Source: Takakia lepidozioides (taxonomy: Eukaryota > Plantae > Bryophyta). Taken from it: 64,000 nt of DNA. Numbering within the stretch: the stretch's first letter is position 1; the number at the start of each line of letters is the position of its first letter. This document shows positions 12,020 to 26,170 of the stretch, piece by piece. The position numbers were made by a program, and so were the translations under genes. Location of the stretch: assembly GCA_030704615.1 (NCBI GenBank), contig CM060732.1, positions 59,520,001-59,584,000 on the forward strand, given 5' to 3'. Below the pieces are notes generated by a model. It saw nothing but the letters and a program-made list of their open reading frames with translations. It did no database searches and was not told where the DNA came from.

Positions 12020-12695
12020 TCAACCCACCAGAGGCCCAAGTGCGACCTCCAATGTTCAACAATGTCATCTAAGTCCAAGTGCAATCCCCTATGTATCCAA
12101 AGACCCCCCTTGTTTGGGAGATCTAGGGTAGCATGTGCCAGTGGCCCATGTGTGAAGAATTGAAATCTAACCGAAGTGCAATCTCCTATGTATCCAAGTG
12201 CTTCTCCCATGTAGAGGCCCAAATGCGACCTCCAGTGTCCAATGTCCAATGTCCTTGAATGTATCGGAGACCCTACACTTTGAGAGATCTCCATGTCATT
12301 GTTCCAACAAAGCCCACTTTGCTATTTTTGCAATCTCCCCTGTCAAAGCTTCATACATCGATATATCCACTTGGCTATTTTTTGCGAATTTCCAGCGACC
12401 AAAAGTACTTGAAATTCCAACTCTCCCACATGAAGGGCGAATCATTGCTCCAGGAAAGCCCACTTTGCTATTTTTCTCGAATTTCCAACGACCAAAAGCA
12501 CTTGAAATTCCACATCTCCCACACCGCTGGTCCAAAAATCATGAGACCAAGCCGGTGCACCCCTCCTTTCCAACGACGAGGGCTTTCCAACGACACCAAC
12601 CACCCCCGCTGGAGCCCCGCGGTTTGGGAGATCTCAACGACACTACAAAACAAAACAAAACAAAACAAAACAAACGTCTCGCTTCATATATTGAT
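12020..12695 (-). mobile_element. Probable non-autonomous Helitron-like repeat (5' end; inverted copy at 55628-56095)
   Basis: Minus strand begins A^TCAATATATGAAG followed by (TTTTG)n, resembling Helitron 5' termini. Has internal tandem subrepeats. No 3' hairpin/CTRR identified. Confidence 0.45.
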
Positions 12696-15251
12696 TGTAA
12701 GTGTACTTACAATGTAACAATGCAACGAACATATACATCTCAGAAAAACATTAATAACAAAGTTTAAGATGAACAAGTAGAGCAAAACATGTTTGAAAGA
12801 AAAACTAATCACAACTAGGATGGTGGCAATGTGAACATGACTCCTTCTATACAGAAAAAGATCTTGGTAATGGTCAGTCCACTCACCTCTCGAAATGGAA
12901 TCATGACCTAAAAAGACAATTACCGTTAGCAGCATATTCATCACCTCCCAGACCTTGGGCAACCACGAGAGAATTTGAGCTAAGAGAGATATGGGGAAAT
13001 CAATAATCTAGCATTCAATGTAGTATCAAAGTAGGACCCAATTTGTTGCGAGCAGACAATGAGTAGCCAAAATTCAAATGTGAGTTTCTAGTCCTCAGAT
13101 GATCTTCATCAAGTTTGTTCAAATTTTACAACATCACAATCTTTGTGAAGGACTGAATCATCTTAGTTTTTGCAATACATAACCTTTTTAGCTTAAGTTT
13201 ATAGATTAAGCTATAGAATTTTGAGATCAAAAGTCTTAAAATAATGTATATCTATAATTGATTCTTGAAACTAATATACAAAATCTCTCAAATATTTTAG
13301 GATTAAATCTTAACTTTAACTTTAACTTTTGTTTTAAACCCCCCAAAAAAATCCATAATTTCTAAACTAAACTTTATCGTAATTATAATATGGTTCCATT
13401 CTTAGTTTGAAATGAGAACAAAAATAATCATCTCAGCATTCTTGGTTCTATTAGGTTTAGGAACAAATTTATAAAAGAGTAGAAAAATATGATGACTCTC
13501 TATGATTGATTTAGTAGAGAATGAAAAATGATTATTTTAAATGACGCATCGTATTTGCAAAGTAACTAAGTCATGAGTAGAATTGAGAGCAATTCATCCA
13601 ATGCATTAGTAGACATGGAGTTTTTGAAACATCCCATTCATCGTGTCCGTGCTTTGTTTCGTTATTATCTGAAACATGTTAAATTGAATAATATCGTTAA
13701 AATGAATGTACACATGTGACCTTTCATACATTTGTATTGAAGCTATCCATGATGGTTTCCTAGTCTTGCAGTTGGCATTGTAGTATCTAACAATCATCGG
13801 CAAAGGATACAATGCCCACTTCCACATACCCTTTTGACACGAAACGTTCTTGCACCCCTTCCAAATCCTACTCGCCTACCAAAGCTACATCAGTCATGAA
13901 AAGGAACATTACATGCTTATAACGACTTATAATACTCGTTATGACTAGAGGCCAAAACGACTCGCACAATATTCTGCACATGCGTGCCAAATCACCAGCA
14001 TTGTTAACATTACGACTGTATTTTTGAAGTCATACAGTGGCAGGTTTCTATTGTAGTAGACCTAGTCGAGTTCAAAGCTCTCCAAGGTGTGTTTGAAAAT
14101 CCTAGAAATTCTTACAAATCACAACCTTATTCTCCAATTTTTTTGTTGAGCTCAAGGACGTGCCTGATGAGTAACAGTTGGGACCAATTATGTTGTACTG
14201 GTGACATGTCCATTATCATGTTATGGAAATCATGTCCATTTTCAACAGAACATTGTTGTACTGGTATGATTTCTATTATGTTGTACTGGTATGTTCCGCT
14301 AGCTATTGTGGCTGGTATGATATCAGTTTGGGTATGTTTGGAGCCCTAAACCCTAAGTTCTACACACACCCGAGGTATAGGCTATATGACACACCAGTCG
14401 GGTTGGTTCTGGCATACCTTACCTATACCCTTGCACATACCCCAGCCGACTGACACATACCAAAACAACACTGGTTGGGACTCCCTCTCAAATATGTGAG
14501 TAATCAAATAATTTAAAAAGTCATCCATTTGGTTTTTGAGGTCATAGTAGAAGGATTTCGAAAAGCAAAAACAAGGCACAATTCAGTTTTTAGAACTGTA
14601 CGGCCCAATATTGTAACATTTGACTTGGAACAAATGTTCTTGATTTGATTGGTTATTCGATTCCAAAGGATGTGCGCCCCAATGATGGCAATAATATTAA
14701 TGGATATATCTGTTCAGTTTGTTCCAAGAAAAATCTTTTGAACTCATGTGTATCAAGCAATAAACTTTGGAAGATAATTCTTCATCTCTCTTGTTGTTCA
14801 CAAAGAGAGCTAAATGGATGACGAGTAGAGGATCATTTGTTCCTAGTTGATCCAGCTTGGAAATCTAGATCTATTTTTTTCTTCACAACTCCACTACAAA
14901 TGTACCTCAGTTGAGCCTTTGGAAGAGGAATACATAGTGGTCGCCCTTTGAGCATTTATATTCACCTAGGTCGGAGCTAGTTTTGACTTGAAGCACCAAA
15001 ATTGGAACCAAGGACCTCATGTTGTAGCTCAAACCACAGGGGGGCCATCAATACATGAGCAACAACAATAAAATCAGAAGCTGGAGATCTACCAGCAGGT
15101 TAAGTGCAAAAGAGTTTATCGAATGTATATATTTGTAAGATTTTAGGGAATGACGACGGGAGACGTCCGAAGATCTCCCGTAGAGAAAAAAAAAAAAAAA
15201 AAAAACATCTCGAAGAAGTGTCATGGGTGCATTGGCATCTCGACACTATTG

Positions 15252-15878
15252 CTACCTTCGACGACGTCGGCTATTAGATGTCAAAATACATTGTAGGCAT
15301 TTCCAACTTACTGCGCTACGCTGAGCGTCAGTGACGCCCATGCAAATAATGTGGAACCATTTATGGCAACCATCACATTGAATCATCTCAAGATCTGGAT
15401 TCTCGGGCACCTTGCAGATACAAACAATGGAAATGGGAGGAAAATTATCATGAGAGTAATCGCCTGTATTTGGGTCGTATGACATACGGCAAAAGTAGTC
15501 CCTTATATATCCTTCTCGTGTCTCAGCCCATGGCAAAGCACAATATTCTGCATAGGTGTGGATGTTGCATTTACCCTCTATGCTAGCCATAAGTTGTTCA
15601 GATCTTTCATTTGTAGAAAAAACCTCACTCTCACTATGATGGGATTCTTTCCCACGAAGTGTGTCGTAAGGCGTGTAGTACCAACGTACCTGCATCATTT
15701 CTACCTCCGTATATCGGTGTGTTATTTCTTTGTACATTCTCTCGATAACACATACGTACATAGTGTCTCCATGTGCAGGCCACAATATGACGTTGTCACC
15801 ATTGTGGACAACATCACCGTTACGCAGTGTGTAAGAAGTATGAAACCATCTTGTTCTGGGCCGAGGGAGTCCTGCCAT
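15252..15878 (-). CDS. Intronless, divergent EBS/SHL-like BAH-PHD chromatin reader (208 aa)
   Basis: BAH: SYTL…GDNVIL…MYVC…VRWYYTP…HHSESEVF…SIEGKCNIH…DYFCRMSY. PHD: CICKVPENPDLEMIQCDGCHKWFHIICMG…WKCLQC. Colinear with plant EBS/SHL. Confidence 0.88.
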   Translation of the reverse strand: MAGLPRPRTRWFHTSYTLRNGDVVHNGDNVILWPAHGDTMYVCVIERMYKEITHRYTEVEMMQVRWYYTPYDTLRGKESHHSESEVFSTNERSEQLMASIEGKCNIHTYAEYCALPWAETREGYIRDYFCRMSYDPNTGDYSHDNFPPISIVCICKVPENPDLEMIQCDGCHKWFHIICMGVTDAQRSAVSWKCLQCILTSNSRRRRR

Positions 15879-18366
15879 CTTAGCCGTTACAGCGAGTATC
15901 CTTAGATTGCGACTCCAAATCTGGAAATCTTCTCACAATCCCACGGTCCTCCGACCTACCATTGATGATAGATTGAATACATCCACATACGGGCATTCTT
16001 CATAAACCAACATGCTCGTTAGGAGATCGATTACAACTGGTCTTTGGGAGGTTTGAAGATTGTATTCACAAAGATAATTAACTCATCTTATCCACGACTC
16101 TAGGAGATTTAGTTGTTACACTTAACTCAATAAGCTAGAGATACTCGGTAGTTCGACTTTGCTCTAAATTTTATGTATATCTTGGTATATCCTGCTATCA
16201 ATCGTCTTGGCAGAGCACACTAAAATGTTTTCTTACCAGTGAACATTAGAAGTCCATTTGTTGAGGGCCATGTAGAAATGTAATGGGCCACTTGCTCTGT
16301 TTCCTACGAGACAAACCCCGTTGGCTAATCATAGACTCTGCCAGCTACCCATTCACATGTTGTAGCATTTGGTGGTCGTACCCTTTCAATTTGACAAGGT
16401 GCCCCTTGAGAGCTAATATGAGTGTGAATTTGAAAGGTCATTCTCGTCGCCATATCAACATAAAGTAATGGGAGCTTACCTAGAATATTTCATAACTGAA
16501 GAATGTTTATAATTTATACACATTACCCTACTCTAGACTATGTTTGAGCAATACGTAGTGCTCATCTACTCACTCCAATTTCCCTTGTTCAAAGGGTTGA
16601 AAGTCGATTGAATTCTTTTGTTTGGGAACGACGGCTGATCTTAAAATTAAATGGTTTATGATGGACATCTCTTTGTCCGCTCATCTCCAACACACTTTTC
16701 AGTTTGAGAATAATTCATAGGAAATTGAAGAAATGTGTTTGCAAGAAGTTGCCCCCAAGCCCCTACTGTAAGATGACACAATAAAAAGACAAATTTGGTA
16801 ATTTTTGTTGTCCTTGATGAATGCTTTCATTTGATTTCAAGGGCACTAACTATAATTCACGGATTTCTTGTAAGATTACATATCTTTTGTATGAGATGAT
16901 TTGTTGAGTGTATTGTACATAAATGTATGGACTAGAGAAAATTTATTTTGTTAGTGATTGAAGCTTATACTTTTCAATCTTCATTGTCAAGCTTAATTTG
17001 CTGTTCAATTACGAAAGTCTTTGGATTGTTCATGAATCGTTGAACCTCTGAAACTTTTGAGCTTAGTCAAAGTCATGGGAATGCTAAGAAACACAACCTT
17101 GAGATTTGTTTACTTGTTCATATGTTCAGATCATATGCAATGATGCAACTTTACAAACAATCTAGAACTTAATTTCTTAATTGTCCTCCACCTATGGATA
17201 AAAAATCACACATTTCTCTTCTACAACTTTTTTTCTACTTATGTAAGACCTAAAATGATCTTCTTTACCATGCATCCTTTGCAAAGACAATCACACATCT
17301 CTTCCTCATCTACGGCGATTAATTCTCTCTGTCAAGACCTGGAATAATCTTCTTCATCTTGAAGATGGAGAGATTGAACTATAGATATTGAGGAGAATAT
17401 GTGTGATTGTTTCTGCAAATCTTCTTTGCCATGCATCATTTGCAGAAACAAATACACCTACCTTTCTCATCTACAACTCTTTCCGTTTTTAAGACCTATA
17501 ATGATCTTTAAATATCAAGATTTGGTGGAAGTTGCAATTCCAACTTCCAAGAAGGGTTCCACCCTTTGACATTGATGAACATAGCTTTGTGGGTGAGGAT
17601 GGGTTGCATTTTTCCATCTATGAGCTGACTTGGGTGGAATAGTGTGATGCATGGCAGATAACAATTGGAAGTATCTTATATACATGCGGCATACATGTCA
17701 ACAGATCATTGGTGCTCCCAAAAACAAAATGGATCAATGTTTGGGAGTGACGTGTCAACTCCTAAAGACCTATAGTTTTTAGCCGCATAATCTGCACATA
17801 TGGCCACATCACTGGAAACATGATCAGATCTACAAAGATTGGCCATTTAATCATGTTCATCACTACATCCCTTATCATTTTTCAGTCAGGAGTGAAATAC
17901 TATAATTGTTTTGTGAGCATGAGCTTCTCAGAGTACGAAAAAAATTTACAAGCCAAGCGTATTTGAAACCAAACACTACAGAAACATGCCCGGACCATGT
18001 TAATTTTAGCTGTCGATTGGGTACTTGGAGAAAATTGCCAGGCCTTATAAAGCGTTTCCACAATCATGTGGAGTTCAGCGGTTGGGTGATGTTCTTGGAC
18101 TTTAGTGTGATGTGGTACATGAGACCATTTGGTACCGGATGTATACATTTTGATGCGAATCTGTTGTAAATACATGAGAGCTTCCAGACTACAAACAATT
18201 TATTATTGTATATGCTAGATCGTTATGATTGCTGAAGGATGACGCTTGTACAACGAGATTGTATTTGAAACACAAAAATTTACATCATCTAAGACGACGA
18301 CCTTGGTGGAGTGAAACGAAAAGACCAATGGGAAAAACATGAACTTCGAGCAAACGTGCTCCAACA

Positions 18367-18618
18367 ACGAATTTTGATGGTCAATATAGCCGCCAAAAGG
18401 TGGGCAGTCATGGAAGAAGAGAAGGTGAAGTGTAGAGTGTTATAATCTAAAATTCAATGTCAGGGAAAGTGAGAGCAACTAACATCAGATTAACGAATTT
18501 TGATGGTCAATATAGCCGTCGAAAGGTGGGCAGTCATGGAGGAAGAGAAGGTGAAGTTTTGAGTGTTACAATCCAAAATTCAATGTGAGGGAAAGTGGGA
18601 GCAACTAACATCAGATTT
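18367..18618. repeat. ~126-bp tandem duplication (mirrored at ~50450-50700)
   Basis: AACGAATTTTGATGGTCAATATAGCCG…CAACTAACATCAGATT occurs twice. Confidence 0.85.
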
Positions 18619-19705
18619 CAAAAGTTTTTTATTATAAAAGATCCATTCATTCTAGCCGTCGCAGGTGGTTTCAGAGGAGACTTCCTAAAGAGATAAAGAA
18701 GAGCATACGCCCGAATTTCCAAAAAGCCAATAATCCCTATCACATTTAGAAATAGTGCCTCACGCTTACTCTCTTCCTCAACTCTCTCTACGTGAGCTGT
18801 TGAGTTTGACACCATCTTTTAGATTCTGGCTAAGACACTAACGAGTACAATAAATCATGAGTTGATATGTACATTACCTGACACGCCACCATTCACCGTA
18901 CCTTTACCTAACCACTCACGCCTTGCACACATTCATCCACGATGATCTCTAACAAAAAACCCAAACTTTCACTCAAAGAGCTTCCAATTAGGTCTTCTTG
19001 ATAACAAGGTTCCAACTTTTTTGAATCTTGGGTACCCATCATTAGAGAGAGAGACTCCAGCCAAAGCCGGCATAACTAAGAACACTTCACCTTGTGGCTA
19101 CTATAGCCTTGGGGGAGTGGGCCCTATGGAAACAGGTGTAGAGCCGCGTGATAGTATAGATTTTTAGTAGGTGTTGTTTTCAAGCTTTTGTTTGTTGGTG
19201 ATGATGGAGGAAGCAAACATAGCCTCCATTATTATACACTAGGATAGCCTACACTAGGATAGCCTGTGTTGTTGGCCCAAGTGTCCAATGTCATCCACGT
19301 CCAAGTGCAATCCCCTATGTATAGAGAGACCCTCATGTTTGGGAGATCTAGGCCTAGGGTAGCATGTGCCATTGGCCCATGTGCAATCTCATATGTTAGT
19401 TGTCATCCATCTCCATCATCATTTGCTATCCGAGGCATGCATACTCTTCTCATCTATGGTAGCTGCTTAATATTGGGTAGTAAGCTCGTAGAGTTTTTTT
19501 TTTTCAAAAGAGAAATGAATCTAGCATAGAGTTAGAGCCTATTCAAATTCAATCACTAAACACTATGCAACATCATAGAGTCTCCAACACATTCAAACTC
19601 ATATAGTACACCATTTTTCACAAAACACCACATTGTAGGTACAGCACAAGCACCCAATGATTAAATAGTAAGCTAGATACTAACATAGATACATAGGTGG
19701 AATAG

Positions 19706-22700
19706 GGGGCGTGCTAGATTGTGAGCCTGACCATGTAAGCCTATGAGCCCGTGAGCCCAGCAGGCTCACGTGAGCTGGTCCCCAATCTGAAACCCAGTGG
19801 ACCTATAGCCGCGGATGGAAGAAGACCTATCGCCACGGGAAGCAGAGTTGAAGGATGTGGACAAGCAGAACCCTTGCCAAGCATAATGAGAAGACACATC
19901 ATTATTGTTGTGAAGTGTGGTCTGAAATGAGGAGTCAAGACCACCCTTTTATGTATAATTGTGCACACCACTTTCATGCCTGCACCCTCAAATGACACTG
20001 CACATACCAGCCTTATAAGACCTTCCTATGTTTTTGGATGACATTTTTGGGGTTCTTTTTTGGATTTCCCCCCTACAAACCAAGAAGAGGTCTTCAAAAT
20101 GAGGAAGAGGTGAGAAAAAAAATGTGATTAACGAAGTGTGGTCTGAAAGAAAGATCGCCGTTTTATGCACAATTGTGCACACCACAATCACATCTTCACC
20201 CAGAAATGACAATGCACTCACCAACCTCAAAAGACCTCAGTACTATTTTAGATGCTCTCATTGGGGGTTCATTTTTTTATTTTTTCACTAAAAATCAGAA
20301 AGAGGTCTTTACTAAGGAAGTGTGATATGAAATGAAGATAACCCTTTTATGCATGGTTGAGCACACCACAATCATGCCTATACCCTCCAATGACACTGCA
20401 GACACCAGCCTAGACCTTCCTATTTATTTGGATGTTGTCTTTGTGGTTCATTTTCATGTTTTTTCCTATACAAATCACAAAGACTAGGTCTTAAATAAGA
20501 AGGAGAGGTGGAAAAAAATTGAACAATGAAGTATGCTCTGAAAGGCCTCAAATATCACTTGGTCTCTGTATTTCGCTATTCTGGAGCTTCAATTGAATGT
20601 TGGATATAAAGATATGTTGAGCAGCACAAGAAACACTACCAAACTTTTTGTCTATGTGAATGTACTTATACCATACGTTCTAGGACCATCCATATTTTCC
20701 GGCTCCAAAAATAATAGCACCTCCAAACATGACGTAATAGCATCTGAAAACTTGTGGAGACAATGTAAGAACAATATAGTGGACACAGATAACAGAAAAA
20801 CATACATGAAGTTGACAAAAGGAGGAGAATCCTAAACCAGGAATCGAGTTTCCTCGTATATGATGAAGTCATGTCCAAGGAGATGTGGAACTACTGCGGC
20901 CACAACTAGTATAACTAAAGCTATCCCTAGAAACTATGGGACTATCATCTATGAAGACCCTGGCCCTAGCATGCGCGAACGTGTGGCAGGAAGTCGAACG
21001 TGTAGGTGTGGGAGAGAGCAGGGAAACTTGCTCTCGAGCAATGGCCTCCACGTAATTGGGGAGGTAGCAAGGTTGCGGAGGGCTGCTGAAAAAATGATCA
21101 TGCACATTAAAAAATAAAAATAAAATGGGTCCCTCTGACAGGGGATATGCTCCTGCAGCACAAAATGCCACATTTGCATTAAGAACATAATTGATACAAA
21201 CTACAAGCACAAGCAAATAGCCATATTTTGTGGAGTACATCACATACATTGACAACATGAATATACTCACATGAAAAATCATCATCCAGGGAATTGTCGT
21301 CAGGGTCGCTAAGATCAACAAGCAGAACCGGCTCAGGACGAACTTCCATGCAAATCCGCGATGATAATATTGAAATGTCCGCATCACCTTCCATAGCAAA
21401 CATGTGCTGCCACTAGCCTTGCAAGCATGGAACGAAACACCTGCAGGAGAGTTACGCACAGACAAAAAAAAATAAAAATAGCATGATGAAGATAAAATGT
21501 GATGCAGCAAGAAAAAGAAATTGAGCGTAGGAGAAGAAGAGGAAGCTGTGGCCAATGACAAATTATCAATGACACTGTAGCTCGTTGGGCTGCAAGTATC
21601 TATGAGAGTCTGATAAAAGGCCGAGCTTTTCTCCTGGGCTCCTCTCAATGAACTCCATTTGGCCTTCTCAAACAGATGTTCGAATCATGTAGTTGGAGAG
21701 CATGTGATCATCCACAACAGGGTCACATTTCTCATCGATGAAACCCCCTCCATATGAATCTCGAACTCCTTAACAGAGGCAGGAGTGGAGGAAATGTGCA
21801 GTACACCCTGATGAGACAAATAGCCTCAAAAAGTCGGGTCTGCAGAACACACGAGACCATGGCTCAGAGACTACATGCATGGGAATCACTGAACGAAATG
21901 GCAACACATAATTGGTCAGTTAATAACCATCTGGTCTAGACAATCTCCCTTCGTCAAATACAAGTTGTTGACACAATTCTAAGTCTTTACAATATCCCAA
22001 AAGCCCTTACATAGCTTGCCAGAATCCGACGACACCATATATTGATCGACTGGATGAGGAGAAGAACTCCAGATTCGAAAAGAAAGAAATTGTAGAAGGA
22101 GAATAGTACCTAAGACTAGTAGGCGTTCGTTAAAAGAATTCCACATTGGCGAAGCAATCTGTGCAAATAACTATATCTGGAACTGCAAGCTCGTCCAAAA
22201 CATCCATGATAACCAGTTCAGCAGCAAAGGATTTATGTCACTACAGCAAATGGGGGGGGGTTTGCGACGCTAGTCGCGCCCCCACGCCCTGCGCAGCGCT
22301 GAGCCCGTGACGCCGAGCCCGCGGCGTTTTTTTGTGACGTCCCGGCGTTGCAATCCCCGCTGCGACACCATTGCGATGCCCAGCCATCGCAAGGTGGCAT
22401 GAAGGGGGAAAGAAGGCCCTCACTGCGACGGATTTTTTTTTCTTGCGACGCCGATTTTTTATTTTTTATTTTTTTGAGACGTTGCGACGCCTCGGCATCG
22501 CAACAGCGTCACTGAGGGTGCCCCAGCGCCTCTGCGCTGCCAGGGCATCGCAACAGCATCACCGCAATGAAAGTTTATTTTTTATTTATTTATTTTTGCT
22601 TTGCGGCCCTCAACTTCACAAAAGTGTTGCTGGGGGTGCCCCGCACTGGAACGGCCAATGTTGCGACATCAGGGGGTCGCAACGGCGTCGCCACAAAGGG

Positions 22701-24993
22701 TCACAATGGTGTTGTAGTCAGCTTAGGTCATCACAAAGATGTCGCTTGGGGCGTCTGGCGGTGGGGGGGTACAACAACGGCGACAACGTTGGGGCTGGTG
22801 CTGGTGCTGGTGCTGGTGCTGGGCACTAAGGTTGTGGAGGTTGCAACTCCCAGGCGTCACAAGAGGGAAGGAACTTGAAGGAAATCTTCATATGTATATA
22901 TATATATATTTAGATTGTTTTTGTGATACATAGATGTAGCGTATGTGTGTTGGTTAGTATATAGTGTCTTAGAAATGTTATAACGTGGAGGTCTTAGGTT
23001 CAAGTATGCATTGCATGATATATGTAGAACAATGAATATATCGCCATTAGACAGAACCGGAATCAATGGTCAACAAGTTTTTGAGATTCAAATTTCAATT
23101 CAAATTTTCCCGCCTAAATTCAATGTACTCTCTAAAATTGCGATGTCCAGACGCACTTTGCGACCCCCGGACGGTGCTAATTCTGTAATGCAAAGTAAGG
23201 TTGTTGTTTTTTTTTTTTTTTTTTTTTTTTTTCCCCGCGATGCCCGGGCATCGCAAATCGCGTCGGCGTCACAAATCGCAGTTTCGCCTTTTGCGACCCC
23301 CATTGGTCGCAAATTTGCGACGTTTTTTTGGCGACGGGCTTGCGACGCTCAGGCATCGCAAATTTGGTTCTTCCCCCCTCCCGAAAAGGGTTGTTTTACT
23401 ACGCTGCGGCGTGGAAACCCCCCCCCCCCCCCCCCCCCCTGTAGTGTGTGCACATTAATCCAAAACTGCTAGTCGGATGTTTGCAATGAAGGAAGCCCAA
23501 ACAACAATGAGAAGTTGAAGAAATGAAACCTAGAACTTCCAGCCCGAATAGAAATAGTCAAAGCAAAGAAAAGTTTACATGCCGAGTTGAGAAAAGAGCA
23601 AAGCTTGTCCCAGGTTGAGGAAGGAGCAGTGTTAGGGAGTCATGGAAAGGAATCCCTCATTCACCATTTCCACCTTGCATTGGGAAAAGATTTTGATTAA
23701 AAGATGCGCCTCTTGACAGCGTCATATGGGTAGGTTGGCTCCCTCTGTCCTTTTTTCCTCCTATCTCCCTTTGGAGGCCGATGTTACATAGGATCATCTA
23801 TTGGCTATGAGGGTACAGGCCTAGTCCCCATTTGCTTTCCCTTTCCCTTTCCCTTTCGTTGTTCCATTTTTCCCCTTAGGGAAGTGCTTGGGTTGCGGGC
23901 TTCTTGGCACTTAAATTGCGAAGATTCCTATCATGGATCTCGCGTTCGATGAGAGAGGAGCAAGGGCAGCTGCATTTGCGTTCATGTTTCTCATGAGCAT
24001 CTCCTGGAAAGGGTTGTCCGAGGCTGGGCAATCCAAGTACCATCCATATTCACCCAAATGCGCACAACCCCAGCTTCCAAGGATACCAGCAATGATTGTG
24101 AGGTTCGACGCTAGATCAGTCCACAGGTCGATGAAGTTTGGGTACTGACTCAAAAACTTCATGAGGATGAGGACTTGTTTACAATACCTGAAAGTTATAC
24201 AGAGCTATATCAGACGACATGATCCTAAACGACGCATTAGAGTGCCTTTAATTCCAGGAATGAGAGGGAGAAGAGTCCACAAGAACGTGTGTGTCACATG
24301 CACGCAGTTTCTTAGGCCTCTTCCCCCCACTTGGGATATCCTAACCAAAGGTCTTCGGAAGTGATGTTCAAAGATAGACGCCTCTGTCAAACTGTACGTG
24401 TGCGTCAACACAGACAGATACAAGGGAATCGATCATTCCATTTTTGAATTAAATAGCTCCGAGGACATGAACATGGGAGAGAGGAGACATCTAAAACTGT
24501 GTGTGTGTCAATGCATACACTTCCAGAGGGATCCATTTCTGACAAGTGTGGAGCTCTCAGGCAATAAATAGATGGAGTGTCCCCCTGTGTGTGGAGCTCG
24601 ACCATGCATATGAAAAGCGGGAGAGGGGCCCTCTGGATCTGTGTGTGTCAGTGCATACTGTTCCAGAGTATGGAGCTCCATGCACATGAAAAGCAGGAGA
24701 GGGACCCTCTGAATCTGTCTGATGCATAAACGCACACGGTTTCAGAGGAGTCCATCACTCGATTCATGGTAGAGGTGGAGCTCAGAGCAAATTAACAGGA
24801 GGATAAGGGACCCTCTGAAAGTATGTGCGTCAACGCACGCGGTTTCAAGGCAATCCATCACTTGATTTCTGGAGGAGATTGACAATGGAGAGAAATTGCT
24901 GAAATGGTAATGAATGTGGAGAACATGTACGCTTCATTACAACTTTTGCATTATACTGCTGCTCAAAATCATGCGTTCAAGAGATACCCCTTC
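19706..24993 (-). mobile_element. Element B: terminal part of a second, more decayed member of the same transposon group (3' half of ParB-MTase cargo gene)
   Basis: Terminus GGGGCGT-GCTA-GATT-GTGAGCC matches the element A end. Minus-strand remnants RGAQEKSSAFYQTLIDTCS, FHACKASG, FAMEGDAD and GWYLDCP…NMNANAAALAPL are homologous to element A cargo. Palindromes GTGTGCGTYRACGCAC at 24400-24840. Subterminal ~200-bp repeats at 19880-20560. Confidence 0.85.
22239..23446. mobile_element. Non-autonomous CACTA element nested in element B
   Basis: CACTACAG…CTGTAGTG termini, 3-bp TSD TGT (22236-22238, 23447-23449), dense subterminal TGCGAC/GTCGCA repeats. Confidence 0.92.
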
Positions 24994-25680
24994 AATTTTT
25001 CACCCATGACCAATTCTCATCAGCCTGATACTCTGCATCAAACTCGTCGCTGACCTGTTGCCAGTGTGCACTCCACCCTGCTCGGATCTCATCTGTGACC
25101 AATGCGGGGTTCTCCATCTCATCGGTGGGTGTCAAATAAAAATACCCGTGCCCTTCCACATACCCATTCGTAAGAAAATAATCTTTCAATGCATCTCCCG
25201 CATTCTCCCCTACAATGGTCTAATCTTCGGATTCAAGATCATCCTACAAAGAGGCACTTTGGGAAGCAAGGTGGAATAACTTATCGCAAGTTTGTTGACC
25301 ACGGACTGCAAATTTCCTGCGTTGTGGTCTTCCAGCACAAGCAATTGCTTCATGGCATCGCCTTGATCCAAGATCTTCTCCGTTGCAGATGCAAGCCCAA
25401 CGGGATCGGGAACCGCAGGGACTTCCTCCTCATTGTACAATGAATGCATGTTTGCTGCTGGCATATCCATGGTTGATGTAGTAACTGAAATAACCGGGCT
25501 GTTCAGAATAGTCACATCTGGTCTCGCAAGGACCTGCTTGTGGGGAGACAAAAAAGCTTGAGGGCCCCCGTAAGACGACTCCCACTGCCCACGATGCTCA
25601 ATAGCCCTGACTACATCACCCCCGCCTGCGATGGCCTTCTTCAAGGGAGCTGCAAGGTGTACGCGGCCGAGCTCGCTCAC
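24994..25680 (-). pseudogene. Fragment of another, more distant ParB-like cargo paralog (N-terminal region)
   Basis: VPLCRMILNPKIRPL and NGYVEGHGYFY…LVTDEIRAGWSAHWQQVSDEFD align with IPLCRMISMPAVRPAL and HGYVKGSAVFY…LVTEDIEQSWDACWRDVNREFE of element A. Confidence 0.7.
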
Positions 25681-25730
25681 AATTGGCTGGATGGAGCGAT
25701 CGATATAAGGGGTGGCTAAGAACTCCCCAT

Positions 25731-26170
25731 CTAGATATCCATCTTTTGAAACTTGACGAAATGAACTTCTGTGACTCTCTGTTGCCGTCCTCTCAGCTCT
25801 TTACAATTTTCTTCTTGGAGGAGTTTGGCAATGAGCTCGTCCATGGTTGGTAGGTCCTTCTTGCTTGCCACTGCTTGCGCATAGTAGTAGTAACTCTCAG
25901 GTAAGCTATTAAGTACCATTTCTACCAACATTGTATCGTCAATCTTCTCACCACATCCTCCAAGCTGGCTCACAAGATCAGACGTAGTTTCCATGAATGA
26001 TTCCATGATCGTTCCTTCTTCTATTTTGAGGTTAGCAAGACGGTTTCGGATTAGCAACTTTCTGGAGGTAGATTTGACTTTATAAAGCTCACAGAGTTTG
26101 AGCCACATTTTCCTGGGACAATCAATATCTTGAATGTAAGGAATGACTTTGTCAGAAATGTTCGCTGTGA
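25731..26170 (-). mobile_element. Ty1/Copia gag fragment (Retrotran_gag_2/UBN2-like)
   Basis: MWLKLCELY…RLANLKIEEG…VLNSLPESY pattern, typical of Copia gag. Confidence 0.8.

Larger units (their letters stand above)
12214..24993. repeat. Left arm of large inverted segmental duplication (partner 49176-56095)
   Basis: Reverse-complement near identity throughout; many identical ORF translations occur in both arms. Confidence 0.95.
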
